This document shows, piece after piece, positions 21,084-34,221 of a stretch of 64,000 nucleotides of DNA (the stretch's first letter is position 1; every line of letters begins with the position of its first letter). A program made the position numbers and the translations under genes. Origin of the DNA: Cyanophora paradoxa CCMP329 (Eukaryota > Plantae > Glaucophyta); assembly GCA_004431415.1 (NCBI GenBank), contig QPMI01000191.1, positions 1 through 64,000 on the forward strand, written 5' to 3'. The notes under the pieces are model-generated. The model worked only from the letters and a program-made list of their open reading frames with translations. It made no database searches and was not told the origin of the DNA.

Positions 21084-21426
21084 CGCAGGCGGGTGTTGCT
21101 GTATCGGTGAGTACGTCCCGCGCGAGACGGCTTCAGCGAACCGAGTAACCGCCAAGTGACTTGTGAGCGCGACGGGCTGAGCGGTCCGAAATACGGTACC
21201 CCCGAGGCCCTTCGTTCGCCAGTGAAGGACCGCGCGTTGAGCGCTCGAGCCTCAAGGCCTAGGCCCGCCGCAACGGCACAATCGCAGCAACGGCACCGCC
21301 GCATCAACGCACAGCTAACTAGCAGCACTGGTTCCAATTTGCTGCGTAACCGACGCGCCAGACATCCAGATCGAATTTGAACTCTACGCGTGACTCGGCG
21401 CGGGGTCGCTGACTGCGCATGCGCCT

Positions 21427-23981
21427 CTACTTGCCGCCGTGGCGGTTGGGGGAGCCGTTAAGGGCGGCCTGCAGGTCGTCGTAATCTGGCTGCGGCTCGC
21501 CCTCCTTGCGCTCCAAGATGTACCGCGGCAGCTCCTCCATTCTTAGCCGGAAGAAGCGCCCCGGCACGTCCGCGGCGTAGCTCCAGAAGTTGTACCTGCG
21601 CCGCCACGCCGCGTCGGGTCGGGTGGCGGGCGCGCCGCGTCGGGACGGGCGTGGGGGGCGGGGGCGGGGGCCGGGCCTGTGGAGCCAGCAGTCGAGGGGG
21701 ACGGTCCAGGCGCCGCCGGCCTCGGGGACGTCCTTGGGCCAGGAGGGCATCACGCCGCCGCACAGGAAGCGCGTCGTCACGTAGGTGGCGAGGATGAGAG
21801 GGACGGAGCGGAAGCGGAAGGCGTTGCGGAGGCCGCCCGCCGGCCCGAGGGCGAGGCGGAGGCAGGGGACGGCGGCGTGCTGCCGGAGCTCGGCGACGAG
21901 CTCGTCGTACGCGCGCCCGGGGCTCGCCGGCGGGGCGGCGTCCACGGCCGGCTCGAGGTACTTGGCCCGCAGCTCGGGCTCCTCAACCATCGCCCAGGGG
22001 CGCAGCTCGAGGACGGAGTGGAGGACGCCGACGTCGGCGTAGTGGTCCAGATCGCACCACGGCAGCTCGTGCAGCCGGAAGAGCTCGTACGCCGGGTGGC
22101 CCACGCTGCGCCCCCGGCCCCCGGCCCCGCTCGCCAGCGGCGCCGCCAGGCGGGCCGGGCCGGGCCGGGGCGCGGCTCGGACCAGGTGATGTGGGGGACG
22201 ACGAGGGCGCGCCCGAGGCTGAGGGAGAGGATCGCGGCGAGGCGCAGCTCCTGCGCGCTGCTCAGGGGCGGCGGCACGTGAGGGGCGGGGCGCGCGCGTG
22301 GAGCTGGTCCTGGATCGAGTCCCCGGGGGCCAGCTCCACGGTCTGCGCGGCGTCAGGGGCGCGGCGGTCGCCCGCCGGGGCCGGTGTGCGCCGCGAACCA
22401 TGTACCTGCGGGGCGCTCAGGGGGCGGCGCGGAGCGGGGCGCGCAGGGCACAGGCTGCGCGCTTCCTGTTCTGGCCGTAGAAGAGGGGGTCGTCCTTGGT
22501 CATCCAGAACCAGGCGCCGGCGGGGTTCGGCGTGTGCGCGCGCTGCACCTGCGGGGCGGTGAGGGGGCGCCCCCTGGGGGGCCCTGCGGGGCGGGGGCGG
22601 GGGCGGGCCTTGAAGTCGATGCCGACGAAGTTGTTGTGGGCGGCGACGATGCCGGGGGAGTCGTGGAGGTGGGGGAGCCAGAACCAGAGGCCCCCGTTCT
22701 GGAAGCGGTCGAGGTCCAGCACGCAGACGGTGACTGCGGGGGGTGAGGGGGCTCGGGGGCGGGCGGGGCGGGGCGGGCACTGTTGAGTCGCATGGCGTCG
22801 CGCTTGAGGAGCTCGTTGAGCTGCCGCTGGTCCCACACCGCCGGCGCGTACGTCTCCAGCAGCCCCGTGAAGAGCTCCTCCGCCCCGCGCGACGCCCGCG
22901 CGAAGAACACCCCGATCTGCCCGGCCCCGGCGTCGGCGTGCGCGCGGCGGGCGGAGCCGGGCCGGGGCGCCCTCGGGGGGCGCACGTTGAGGTCCTCGCG
23001 GTCGACGTCCTCGTGGAAGTACGCGTCCTGCCGCCCCCGCCTCACCCCACGCCCCCCGCGGCCGCCGCGCTGGCGGGGCGCACGCTCTGCCACGAGAGGT
23101 CGCATCGCGGCTGGATGTGCGGCAGCGGGTCCGAGAAAAGCCTGCCGCCGCCTCGGCGTGTGGCGCGGGGCGGCGCGGGGAGGTCGGGTCGCAGCGCACA
23201 CGGAGTCGGCCTCCAGGAGGAAGAAGTCGAAACCTGCGGGGCTTCAGCGCGCGCGAACCAGGGCCGGCTGCACGCCAGCGCGGGGGGCCGGCGGCGCGCC
23301 GAGGTGCAGGACCGCCCACACGATCCAGAACTTGCCGACCTTCGTCCGCACGATCTGCGCCCCGCGCGGCGTGGGCGGGCGCGCAGTGGGCGACGCGGCT
23401 CGGGCGGTGGCGGGGGGAGGGACCTCGGGGATGAGGAGGCTCTCGATGCCCTTGGGAACGGCCGCCTTGACGTTCTCGTCGAGGGCGAAGAAGACGAGAT
23501 GCCGCAGCACGTTCACGTTCGAGAGTGACATCATCGAGTTCGCCAGCAGCCGCGTGTAAAAGCTGCCGAGGTGCGCCGCTCAGGGTGGCGGGCCGTCGCC
23601 GCGCGGGGGACGCGGACCTGTTCGAGTAAGTTACATAGACGGTGCGGGTTCCAGGGATCGCCGCCCGGTTGAGAGAATTGTTAAGCTTGTTAAGAAAGTC
23701 CGTCTGCGAGGCGCGGGGCGGGTTAGCGGGCGCCGGGCGGCGGCAGCAAAGCAGCGCACCGTAACAACATACTTGGACGTGCCGATCCGCACGGACTCCA
23801 GAGCGGCATCGCGGTGCAGGAGCCGATCTAGCTCCGGATGCTCCTCGTACAGGATCTGCCCGCTTGCAGCGACGAGGAGCGAGAGGGAGACGGCGGCGAG
23901 TGCAAGCCGGCTCCAGAGTGCGTCGCGGCCAGCGGGCCGGACTTCGATGCCGGCTCGAGGCGAAGATGCTGCTCTTCTCAT
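21427..23981 (-). CDS. Nucleotide-diphospho-sugar transferase (GT77-like) with extra C-terminal domain
   Basis: N-terminal anchor; LVFFALD, KFWIVWAVLHLG|FDFFLLEADS, DLN|IGVFFARAS, WDQRQLN, LDLDRFQNG, AAHNNFVG; then AAILSLSLGRALVVP. Confidence 0.8.
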
Positions 23982-25109
23982 CGTGAGAGCTTCGTGCTCG
24001 CGCTCGCTCAGCACGCGGCGATGGTTCGCATTGTTTCAAGTTTTTGCGCTGCCAAGATCCTGCGCCGGCTATCCGTGTCGACTTATGTGCAGAGCTAACC
24101 GCGTATCTTGATGCCGGCTGGCTGGGAGCGCTTTTGTCTTCTCCGTGAGCCGAACCCGTCTTTACATGGTGAAGCTCTACCCCCCCGACGTCGACACTCA
24201 CGCTATCTACTAGTATACGTACTAGTACTAGGCTAGCTGGTCCGAGCTCACCGTCTCGAGCTCAATGTCTCACGAGGTCCGACGGTCCTCGCGCGGTCGA
24301 CGTCGACGTCCTCGCAGAAGCTTAAGTAATACGTACGTATACACGCCGTGACGCGTCCTTCCTCCCGGCCCCTCTAGCTAATCCGCTATAGCTAAGGCCT
24401 CAGATCTCTAGCTATAGCTGGAAGCCGGCCGCCGGCCGCATGCGCACGCGCACGCGCACCGGCCCGGCGGCGCTCCGCGGCGCGCCGGGCTGGGCGCGCG
24501 CGCTGGCCGCCAGCTGCAGGCAGGCATGCGCATATGCATGCCAGGATGCGCACGCGAGGAGGTCTATACAGCGGAAGGGGCCCAAAAAGCTGAGAAAGAG
24601 AGACGAACTCCTTGTAGCCAGGGGGACCTTGCATGGACTAGGCAGGGAGACTAGGAGACGAAGGAGAGGAGGCTGGCGCTGCATTAATAGCTTATGTTAG
24701 CGAAGCCCCATGGCCTAGCTGGGCGCTGAAGGCGCCCGGGTCGGTTGGTTAATCTCCCCTGAACCCAGTCGGCGGCGGGTGGGGCTCCTAGGGCTCCAGC
24801 GACGCCCGGGCATCGCATCGCGGCTGAATCATGATCGCCAGCGCCGTCTGTTGTCTGCCGAGTCGCTCGCGGCCGCACGTCTCCTCGACTCGCGGCGCTC
24901 GAGATGCGCGCTGCCCGCACATTGTACGCGCATGCTGCTTTGCGTCGTCGTGGTGCGAGCTTGGGAGTATTATGTGGATGAAAAAGCTGCGTTCCTACCG
25001 AACTACGGGGCGGGCTGCTCGATCAAAGGGGCCCATTCAATGCTTCTCCGCCGGCTTCCCGCCCTTCAATGCACCGAAGAGTTCCGCGCTGCGATAGCGG
25101 GAACGGAGT

Positions 25110-25828
25110 TCAGCAAAGCGCGCGGGGGCGTGAGACGCTGTCGCCGTACCGGAACTGCGCGGCAGGACAGCGTCAGCGAAGCGCAGTATAAGCAGGTACG
25201 ACGGGCGAATCGGCCGCACCTTCTGTGCCTCGATCTGGGCTTCAGAGAGACCCAACCTGCACCAGACGATATATCAGCACGTTCCAGGAAGGTCGTTTGG
25301 CAGCGGCATGCGTTCTTGCGTACCGCCGGCCTTCGGCCTCGCGCCTGGCGACCTCCTCATCCACTCGGCGCAGCCGCATCTGCTCCTCCCGCCACAGGTA
25401 CCTGTGCCCCGCAGGTCAGGCCGCCGTGCAGCCGCGAACGTCGGGCCCAAGAGAGAGACGCACTCCTCGTACTGGCACTTCTCATACGCGTGGCGCTCAT
25501 CGGTGCACTTCCAGGGCATCCACAACGTTGCCTCGCGGCATTTGTTGAGGGGAACGAGGAGGTGTGCGCAGTAGTCCCGGAAAGCGATTTCGACCCTCGC
25601 ATCAACCATCTCCTGGTGCGAGATCTTCATCGCTGCGCGCCGTATATCAGCAGCCGGCTGAGCGCGAGGAGACGAAAGAAGACCCAGGCCGGCCGAATGC
25701 TAGCCGAAAGAGCGCGCCCGCCGACAGGCGTTCGGCGAGATTCCAGGGCAAACCAACGCATCGACTAGTCCCTGCCGACCAAAGCCAACACGAATCCGCT
25801 CACCCCGGGGCTCTGCGGCGTGCGCCAT
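25110..25828 (-). CDS. NDUFB7: NADH:ubiquinone oxidoreductase B18 subunit
   Basis: EMVDARVEIAFRDYCAHLLVPLNKCREATLWMPWKCTDERHAYEKCQYEE (twin CX9C). Confidence 0.93.
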
Positions 25829-25982
25829 CCTTTTTTTCTGCAAGCAGGGTACGTCGACGTCGAGCGTGAATCCGGTATCCGGTGTCAAGAAGCGGCCGGG
25901 CGGCAAAGCGTCGTCGCAGTGAAGCAGCGTGCCTCGTGGATCTCTTGGCTCGAGCTTCAGCGTAGCGCGCGGCCGAGGCGCA

Positions 25983-26523
25983 ATGCTGCGGTACATCAAG
26001 AAGGTCCAGACAGTCGGCTACCCGCTTGGCGGGAAGCGGATCGCTTCGCTGCGGTAAGCTGCGCACGATGCGGTGGCGCGGCCGCATCTGCTGAGGAATC
26101 GACGCCGGGCGCAGTGAGCTCCAGCAGAGGATAGCGGGCAAGAAAGCGTACCTGTCCAACCCCGTGTGCGAAATAGTGCACGAGGCTCGCTTTGACGGTG
26201 GCCCGTCTATCGCGAAGTTCACCTTCGGTGCGACAACCTTGCCCCTGTGCGACCGCACCCGCTGATCTCCGGCGCTCCAGTCGACAACACGGTGCTGGAG
26301 GTCGACATGTCATTCAAGAAGATTGAAGAGGTGCGCTGTTGTCGTGCCGCGGGCTGCCCTGCTTGCCGCTTGCCGCCCGGCGCCATCCGACCGTGCGCAG
26401 GTCATGGCAACATTGAAAGATCGTAACGAGCAGTTCGAAGAGAAAGAGGAGAACGAGGAGGATGATGAGGTTATCATTGTGAACACGATCGCAGAGATGG
26501 AGGCGTACGAGGACAAGGGCTGA
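25983..26523 (+). CDS. MRPL53: Mitochondrial ribosomal protein mL53 (absent as a unit from the ORF track; 4 exons)
   Basis: Spliced MLRYIKKVQTVGYPLGGKRIASLRELQQRIAGKKAYLSNPVCEIVHEARFDGGPSIAKFTFVDNTVLEVDMSFKKIEEVMATLKDR.., matching the mL53 pattern (K..SNPxC..VTF). Confidence 0.7.
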
Positions 26524-26524
26524 T

Positions 26525-27458
26525 TTATTTAGAATACTTGTTGCGGCTGCTGTTTTCCCGCTTCAAGCCATTCGAATTCCGCATATTTTCTGTGACACGG
26601 TCATAAGCCTTTGATATGATATCGTCAGATAGCTCCAGACCGTCGGACGCTTTCCCATGGCCATACCCTATCTTAGATCGGTGCCGTAGGCTCCCCTCCA
26701 GGGCCCCCAGCGCTGCCTTCCGACCCGGCCGCGCCCGCTCGCGCATGCCTTCGCCCTCAGCCATCCTGCAGGGAATCGCAATCTGATCTGAGGCTGCCTA
26801 GCGTGCACACGAACGCCTATTCCACATCTGAAATGGCTTGGACAACTAAAGCATATTTCTTATCTTGGTGAGGGCGTATTCGTCCGACAGAGTGTGCTTC
26901 CCATTCGGGTGTCGGACCTGTTCGGCGGATGAGCATTGGGGGCAGCAGCGGGTCCGGGCCAGAGCTGACGAACCACGTTGTACTGAATGACGCGCCTCCT
27001 CGAAGCGCCTACGTCAAGGAACACGTTCTTGACTCCCGTAGCGATAGGCCGGAGCATGATGTTTTGCGCCGCGGTCGGCGCTGTCGAGGGCTGAGGCTTC
27101 GGGGGCTCCGGAGGCGGGGCTCCAGATAGCGAGACGCTCTGTATTTGTGCCTTCGCCAAGACCGCCGCAGCTGCCTGTTGCGCCTGCTGCGGGGTCGCTC
27201 CTCCTTTTAATGCCTGCTGTTCCGCGGCTTGAGCATGCTGGAGGGCGACCTGCCTCGCTTGTTGCTGGATCTGCTGCTGCTGCTGCTGAACCTGCTGCTG
27301 GTACTTCGCGGGATCGACGCCAGGCGGCACCTGTACGTTCGGACTCTGCGTGAAGACATCAGCTCCACGAACGGAAGGCGACGCCCGGTGGAATTTCGCA
27401 CCAGGGGCTGGTTCTCCTTTTGCTTGCCCTTCTTTGCTTTGCTATGCTTGCCTCCCAT
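26525..27458 (-). CDS. Putatively N-myristoylated Gln-rich hypothetical protein
   Basis: MGGKHSKAKKGK (MGxxxS plus basic patch); Q-rich exon; consistent phases across the last two GT-AG introns to ..SRNKYSK*. Confidence 0.6.
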
Positions 27459-27812
27459 CACTTTGCGAGGGCTCGGAGTACCGGGAGCCTCTCAGTCGGG
27501 TATGGACTTCGTCTACGAGCGATCTAATCAAGGAACGCGCTGCTCTACCAGAGTCGGCGGAACGCGCCGATAGCCGAAAGCCGAGAAAACGGAACCTGGA
27601 TGACGGAAATTCGCGTACCCGGGTGACAGGTGATCTGGTGCAGCGCGCGAATGCAGCGGCAGCTTGGCGCGTACGTGGTTCCGAGTGCATCATCTGGGAC
27701 AAGTCCCGAGAGCTACCGCGTCGCCGTCAGCCCCGCCTTGGTCTGCAGCTTCGATCCGGCGCGGGGGCTCCGCGGCGATTGCGCCGACTGCAGGAGGCCA
27801 GCTGAGGGCACG

Positions 27813-30800
27813 ATGTTTCGCGGGAGTTGCAGATTGCACGTCGCCCTCGCACGCCCAGCATGGCCTCGATTCGCGCTCGCGGACCCGCGCGCTGGTCACC
27901 CGGCGCACGCCGCGGCGATCGCCGGCCGCAGCTCGTTTCTCGGGGAAAGGCGCGGCCTCCCGGCGGGCCTATCTCCCTCCCGCCTCGTCGCCTGGCCGCT
28001 GCAGCGCGAGCTGGGAATGAGGCTGGTGCGGACGCGGGTGCTCGAGGCACGGCAGACGCGAGCGGCGGCGTCCCCTGGCAAGGAAGCTTCGGCCGAGAAG
28101 CGGGCTGGCGGCGGGAAGGCGCTGGTGATTGTCGAGTCGCCGACGAAAGCGAAGACGATCAGCAAGTTTCTGCCCAAGGGCCGCTACGTCGTGCAGGCGT
28201 GCTACGGGCACATCCGGGACCTACCGAAGACGGCGAAGGACGTGCCGGCGGAGGCGAAGGGGACGGCGTGGGGGACGCTGGGGGTGAACGTGGAGGCCGA
28301 CTTCGAGCCGCTCTACATCGTGCCGGCGGAGAAGAAGAAGGTGCTGGGGGAGCTGAGGCGGGAGCTGAAGGAGGCGGACGAGCTGATCCTGGCGACGGAC
28401 GAGGACCGCGAGGGGGAGGCCATCTCCTGGCACCTCTGCGACGTCCTCCGCCCCGCCGTCCCCGTCAAGCGCATGGTCCCCGCCCGCCCCGCCCCGCCCC
28501 GCCCCGCCCGGCGCCGAGCGCGGGCAGGTCTTCCACGAGATCACGGAGCGGGCGATCAAGGAGGCCCTGGGGGCCTTCCGCGACATCGACATGAACCTCG
28601 TCCACGCCCAGGCCCGCCCCCGCCCCGCCCCGCCCCGCCCTCCCGCCCCCCGAGCCGGGCCCCCGCGCGCAGGAGGCGCGCCGGATCATCGATCGGCTGG
28701 CGGGGTACACGGTGTCGCCGGTGCTGTGGCGCAAGATCGCGCCGGGGCTCTCGGCGGGGCGCGTGCAGTCGGTCGCCCTGAAGCTGCTCGTCGACCGCGA
28801 GGCGCAGCGCCTCGCCTTCCGCTCCGCCGAGTTCTGGGACCTCGCCGCCGCCCTCGCCCCCGCCCCCGGCCCCGGCCCCGGCCCCGCCCCGCCGCCCGCC
28901 CCAGGCCCTTCCCCGCCGTCCTCACCCACCTCGACGGCCGCCGGTGCCCTCCCCCGCCCGCCCCGCCCCGTTGGCGGCTCAGGCGGGGGGCGGGCAGGCT
29001 GGTGAGCGGGAAGGACTTCAGCTCGGAGGGGAAGCTGGAGAAGGCGGCGGCGCAGGCGGGGGCGGTGCTGCTCGACGAGGCGGGGGCGCGGGCGCTCGCC
29101 GCGGAGCTCGCCGCGGCCGGCAACGAGTGGCGGGTGCAGGAGGTGGCGCAGCGGGACGGGCGGCGCGGCCCCGCGGCGCCCTTCGTCACCTCGACGCTCC
29201 AGCAGGAGGCGAACAGGAAGCTCGGCCTGTCCGCCAAGGAGACCATGCGGACCGCGCAGGTACCGGCGGCCCTCGCCCCCGGGTCGCGCCGCTGGCAGCT
29301 CGCGCTCTGACGCCCCCCCCCCAGGAGCTGTACGAGAGCGGGCTGATCACGTACATGCGGACGGACAGCCCCTCGCTCTCCCCGGAGGCCCTCGAGGCCG
29401 CCCGCGCCTCCGCCCGCGCCCTCTACGGCCCCGCCTGCCTCCCGCGGGCGGCCCGCACCTACGCGGCGCGCAAGGCGAAGGGCGCCCAGGAGGCGCACGA
29501 GGCGATTCGGCCGGCGGTGGGGCCGGCGGGGACCTTCGCCTCGCCGAGGGAGACGGGCCTGCAGGGGCGCCCCCTCGCCCTCTACGAGCTCGTCTGGATG
29601 CGCACCGTCGCCTCCCAGGCGCGCCCCCCGCCCTCCCGCAGCCCCGCCCCGCGCCCCCCGCGCTCACCGCGGGGCCGGCAGATGATCGACGCGCGCTTCA
29701 AGTTCACGACGGTGACGGTGGCGGCCGGCCCGGCGGGGCGGGCGCCGGCGCGGGCGACCTTCCGCGCCTCGGGCAAGGTCATCGAGGAGGCCGGCTTCCT
29801 GCGGGCGTACGCCGAGGGCAGGGAGGAGGAGGGCGAGGAGGCGGACGGGGAGAGCCTGCTGCCCCCGCTCGCCCCGGGCGACCGCCTCGCCCCCAGCGAG
29901 CTCGCCCCCAAGGTCCACCGCACCCAGCCGCCCCCGCGCTTCTCCGAGGTGCCCCGCCCCGCCCGCCGCGCCGGCTCCGCCCTCGCGCGCGGGCTGGATG
30001 CGAGGGCGTGGGGCGGGGCAGGCGCGGCTGGTGGAGGAGCTGGAGAAGCAGGGCGTGGGGCGCCCCTCGACGTACGCCTCGATCATCGACACCGTGCTCG
30101 AGCGTGGCTACGCTGTGCGCGAGGCGGGCGGGCGCGCGCTGGCCCCGACCCTCGTCGCCTTCGCCGTCTCGGGGCTCCTCTCGCGCCACTTCGGGGACCT
30201 CGTCGACCCCGGTGCCCGCCCCAGCCCCAGCCCGCCCGCATCGCCCGCGCCCGCCCCGGGCCCGCTGACGGGGCGCGGCGGCGCCCCGCAGCGTTCACCT
30301 CTGAGATGGAGTCGCACCTCGACGAGATCGCCGCCGGGCAGCGGCCCCACGCTGCCTACCTCCACGACTACTTCCTGTCCGCCCCCCCGCCCCCCCGCAG
30401 GCCCTGTCCCGCGCTGAGCGGGGCGGGCAGCGGGGAGCGGGGCCTGAAGCGGATGGTGGAGGAGGCGGAGCCCGGAATCGACACGCTGACGGCGCGGCGG
30501 CTGGACCTGCTGCTCCCCGCCCTGCGCGACTCGGGCTTCCAGGTCCTCGTCAACAAGTACGGGCCCTACCTGCAGACCGACGTCGGCGGCAAGCGGGTCG
30601 TGGCCTCGCTGCCGGCCGTCCTCTCCCCCGCGGAGCTCACCCCGGAGATCGTCCAGCGCGCCCTCGAGAACGCCGCCCAGGGCCCGCAGCCGATCGGGAC
30701 GGACCCCGCCTCGCGCCTCCCCGTCTACATCCTCGTCGGGCAGTACGGCCCCTACGTGCAGCTCGGCACCGCCGACGACGCCGAGAAGCCGCGGCGGGCC

Positions 30801-31644
30801 AGCGTGCCCCGCGGCATGTCCGTCGAGGCCGTCGACCTCCCCACCGCCCTCCGCCTCCTCTCCCTGCCCCGCTCCCTCGGGGCGCACCCGGGGACGGGCA
30901 AGGAGGTCGTCGCCAACACGGGGCCCTTCGGGCCGTACCTCTCGCACGACGGCCTCTCGTGCCCGCTCCCCGCGGGGGACTCGCCGTACGAGGTGGGCAT
31001 GGAGCGCGCCCTGGAGCTCCTCGCCGCCCTCCAGAAGCGCATCGCCCTCGAGTTCCCCCACCCCGACGACGCCGCCCCCGTCCGCGTCATGACCTCCCGG
31101 CCCGCCCCCGCCCCCGCCCCGCCCCTGCGCTCCCTCTCGCTGACGGCGCGCAGGCTCGGGGTGACGCTGCGGCACAACAAGACGGTGGTGAAGCTGCCGC
31201 GGGGCACCGACGTGGCGTCCATCGGGCGCGAGGAGGCCCTCGCCGCCATCGCCCAGGCCGAGGGCGCCAAGCCGTGCGCCCCCTCGCCCCCGCCCCCAGC
31301 TCTGAAGGCGTCCCCTCACGGCGCTCCGCAGAAGCGGCTCGCGCAGGGGCAAGGCCGCGCAGGCCGCACCGGAGGCGGCGACAGCCACCCCTGCAGCGCG
31401 CGGCCGCACGAAAGCTGCGGGGTCGGCTGCAGCCGCCCCGAGAAAGGCCCGCTCGACGACCACCCGCAAGGCCGCCGCCGCCGCGGGGGACGGCGAGGCG
31501 GCACCCAAGGCGCCCAGGGCAGCCAGGAGCGCATCGGAGCCGGCTGCGGCTGCAGGGGCGCGGCGGCGGCGCAGCACCACTGCAGCGGATGCGGAGCCCA
31601 CCCGGGAACTGCCGCCCTCCCCCGCCCGCGGCCGCTTCCTGTAG
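27813..31644 (+). CDS. topA: Bacterial-type DNA topoisomerase I (type IA), organelle-targeted
   Basis: [46 protein letters not shown], catalytic [31 protein letters not shown]; C-terminal GxYGPY repeats; N-terminal transit-like extension. Confidence 0.95.
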
Positions 31645-31909
31645 CCGCCAGCTGTGAATTCGAATAACTCCACATCTGATGATCGGGCAGAATTGCGGAA
31701 TTTGATCGCCGAGTCGGTCTCTCCGCTGCTAACCACAGCTGCAGCTTGCGTAGCGCTGCGCATGCAGATCTAGACTTGATCATGAAAGGAAATTGAACTT
31801 GATCATCAAATGCGCAAGGCTCCAAGGCCCCCGTTCGAATCCTCTCGCGGTCTCTTTCAGGCCGCGCCTTCCGGGCGGAAGCTGCGCGTGCGGGAGCATC
31901 GAAGCAGCC

Positions 31910-34086
31910 ATGGCGTCGCTCTTCGAAAGCATCCAGGTAAAATCGCGTGTGTGTTTGCGCCGACCTCCTCGTTGCTCTCTGAGGCGCGCGGTACGCACAA
32001 CGGCGCAGCAAGTCGCGAGTGGCTTCGGCAAGCAGGACATGGTGATGATCCGCCGAGCTCGCCGCCGCGCAGCGGCGTAGCTCATCGCGCCCGCGCAGGA
32101 CCTGCCCATCGACATCAACCTGAACAAGATGCTAGGTGCGGCCGTCTGCCGAGCAGGCAGCGTCGATGCCAACACGATGCGCGGCAGATTGGCTCGTCGA
32201 CCGGCGGAAGGTTTCGGCAAAGTGGCAGCAGTCGATTAAAGTGGCGCAGGCGAAGGCCGCGGCGGCGCTGCAGATGCTTCCTAAGGAGCTGAACGTGCAC
32301 CCCGAGGGCGCCCGTGCGTGGGCTCTTCGCGCGCTGCAGGCCGCGAGCTGAGACGGGGCGCGGCGCAGCGCTCACCTACGTGGACTGCGCGCGCATCCAG
32401 GCGACGCTGAAGGCGCTGCCGTCAGCGCAGCAGCCGGCGTGGAGGACGATGCGGGCGTGGGCGGACGTGCTGCGCACCTACGAGAAGGAGGGCCTGCACC
32501 TCGCGGAGGGCACCTCGATCCTCGTGCAGAACGTCTCCTACGAGATCCCCTTCGTGAAGAAGACGATCGCCAAGTGCGCCAAGGAGCTCGAGGAGCTCGA
32601 CAGGCGCGAGGTCGACCTCAACAAGGCCGCCGCCCTCGCCGACAAGAAGTTCAAGGAGCTCTGCGACAAGCTCCGCATCGCCGTGCGCGCCGCCAGGCCC
32701 GCCGCCGCGCGCGGCCCCGCCGCCCACGCTGGGGCGCAGGGCGAGAAGCCGCGGGCGGAGCTGGTGGCGTGCGTGGCGGAGCTGCCCGGGATCTGCGAGG
32801 CGACGGCGCGGGCGATTGCGGGGCAGCCGATCCGCGAGGCGCGCGCCCTGTACGACGGCTTCGTCAACACCGTCGTCCTCGAGCAGGCGCCGCCGCACCC
32901 CGGCCCGCCCCCGGCCGGCAGCGCTGACGCGGCGCGCAGGCGGCGGGCAAGCGGGGGGCGTCGCTGCCGACGCTGGGGCACATCGCGGACCACCTGGAGG
33001 AGGTCGTCCAGGCCTCCGCCTCGGCCGGTCTCCCGTGCGCCGGCCTCCGCGCCCCCGGAGCTCATCTGACGCCCAGCAGCGCCTCCGAGGCCTCCGCGTC
33101 GGGTCCGAGCATCGACTGGGGAGACGGCGGCGGCGGCGGCGGCGGCGGCGGGGCGAACATCGATTGGGGCATCGAGACGACGGGCGGGAGCGGGGGCGGC
33201 GGCGGCGCCACCATCGACTGGGGCATCACCAGCGAGGGCGGCGAGGGCGGCAGCGGCGGCGGGGCGGGGCCGAGCATCGACTGGGGCATCACCAGCGACG
33301 GCGGCGCGGGGGAGGCGCCCAAGGAGATCGGCATCGACTGGGGCGAGGGGGCGGGCGGGGCGGAGGCCCCCGCGGCGCCCGCTGCGGCGGGGCCGGCGGG
33401 GAAGAAGTCGCTTGACGCGGCCGAGTTCCGCGCGGCGGCCATCGACGAGCTCCTCGAGGTGCCGGCCCCGCCGGGTCCCGCCCCGCGCGCTCTGAGCGGC
33501 GCCCGCAGCTCCAGGCGTTCCTGCGGCAGCGGAGCGCGGAGCTGGAGGGGAAGGGGGACGCGGCGACGCAGGCGGCGGCGGAGCAGCTGCAGATGCACCT
33601 GCTGAACCGGGCGTCGAGCATCGCGCCGGCGGTGCTGCAGCACGACCACGCGCCGTCCGTCGCCGCGTACCGCGCCGCCGTCGACGCCGCGCTTGCCGCC
33701 ATCGACGGCGCCCACGCCCGCCACGTCCTCCTCGTCCGCGGCTCCTCCAAGTGCCCCCGCGCCCCCGGCCCCGGCCCGCCCCGCCCGTCACGGCGTCCCT
33801 CACGCGCGCGGGGCGCCGCAGGTACGTCGACCGGCTGGTGGCGAGCGTCGAGCAGGCCAAGGCGCAGGGCGGCAAGCTGCGGGCGATGGCGGCCGGGCTC
33901 TCGCAGAAGCGCGGCGAGGTGCAGGCGCGCAACCGGGCCGCGCAGCCGCAGCTCGAGGCGCTTCTGGGGGCGACGCGGCAGCTCAAGGGCGCCCTCGAGC
34001 AGCAGATCTCCGCCATGTACCACGGGCGCGTCGTCCACATCATCGGCGAGATCAACACCCTCCTCGCCGCAGCCCCCCCCTCGTGA
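31910..34086 (+). CDS. CDK5RAP3: CDK5 regulatory subunit-associated protein 3 (C53)
   Basis: DLPIDINLNKMLDWLVDRR, YEKEGLHLAE..LVQNVSYEIP, IDWG repeats, YVDRLV, ISAMYHGRVVHIIGEIN. Confidence 0.93.
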
Positions 34087-34221
34087 CTCCAAGCAAGCCA
34101 AGGCACTTGACTTTGTGTTTACAGGGAAAGGGGGTCGCCGGGGAGTGAGAGTGGGAGGGTGCCCCCAAGGGCATGGACGGGGGGCGCGAGGGGCGGGGCG
34201 GGGCGGGGCGGGGCGGGGGGC

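Noticed and set aside
27813-31644. Bacterial contamination suggested by topA and the DCC gene
   Set aside because: Both have many host-type introns and N-terminal targeting extensions.
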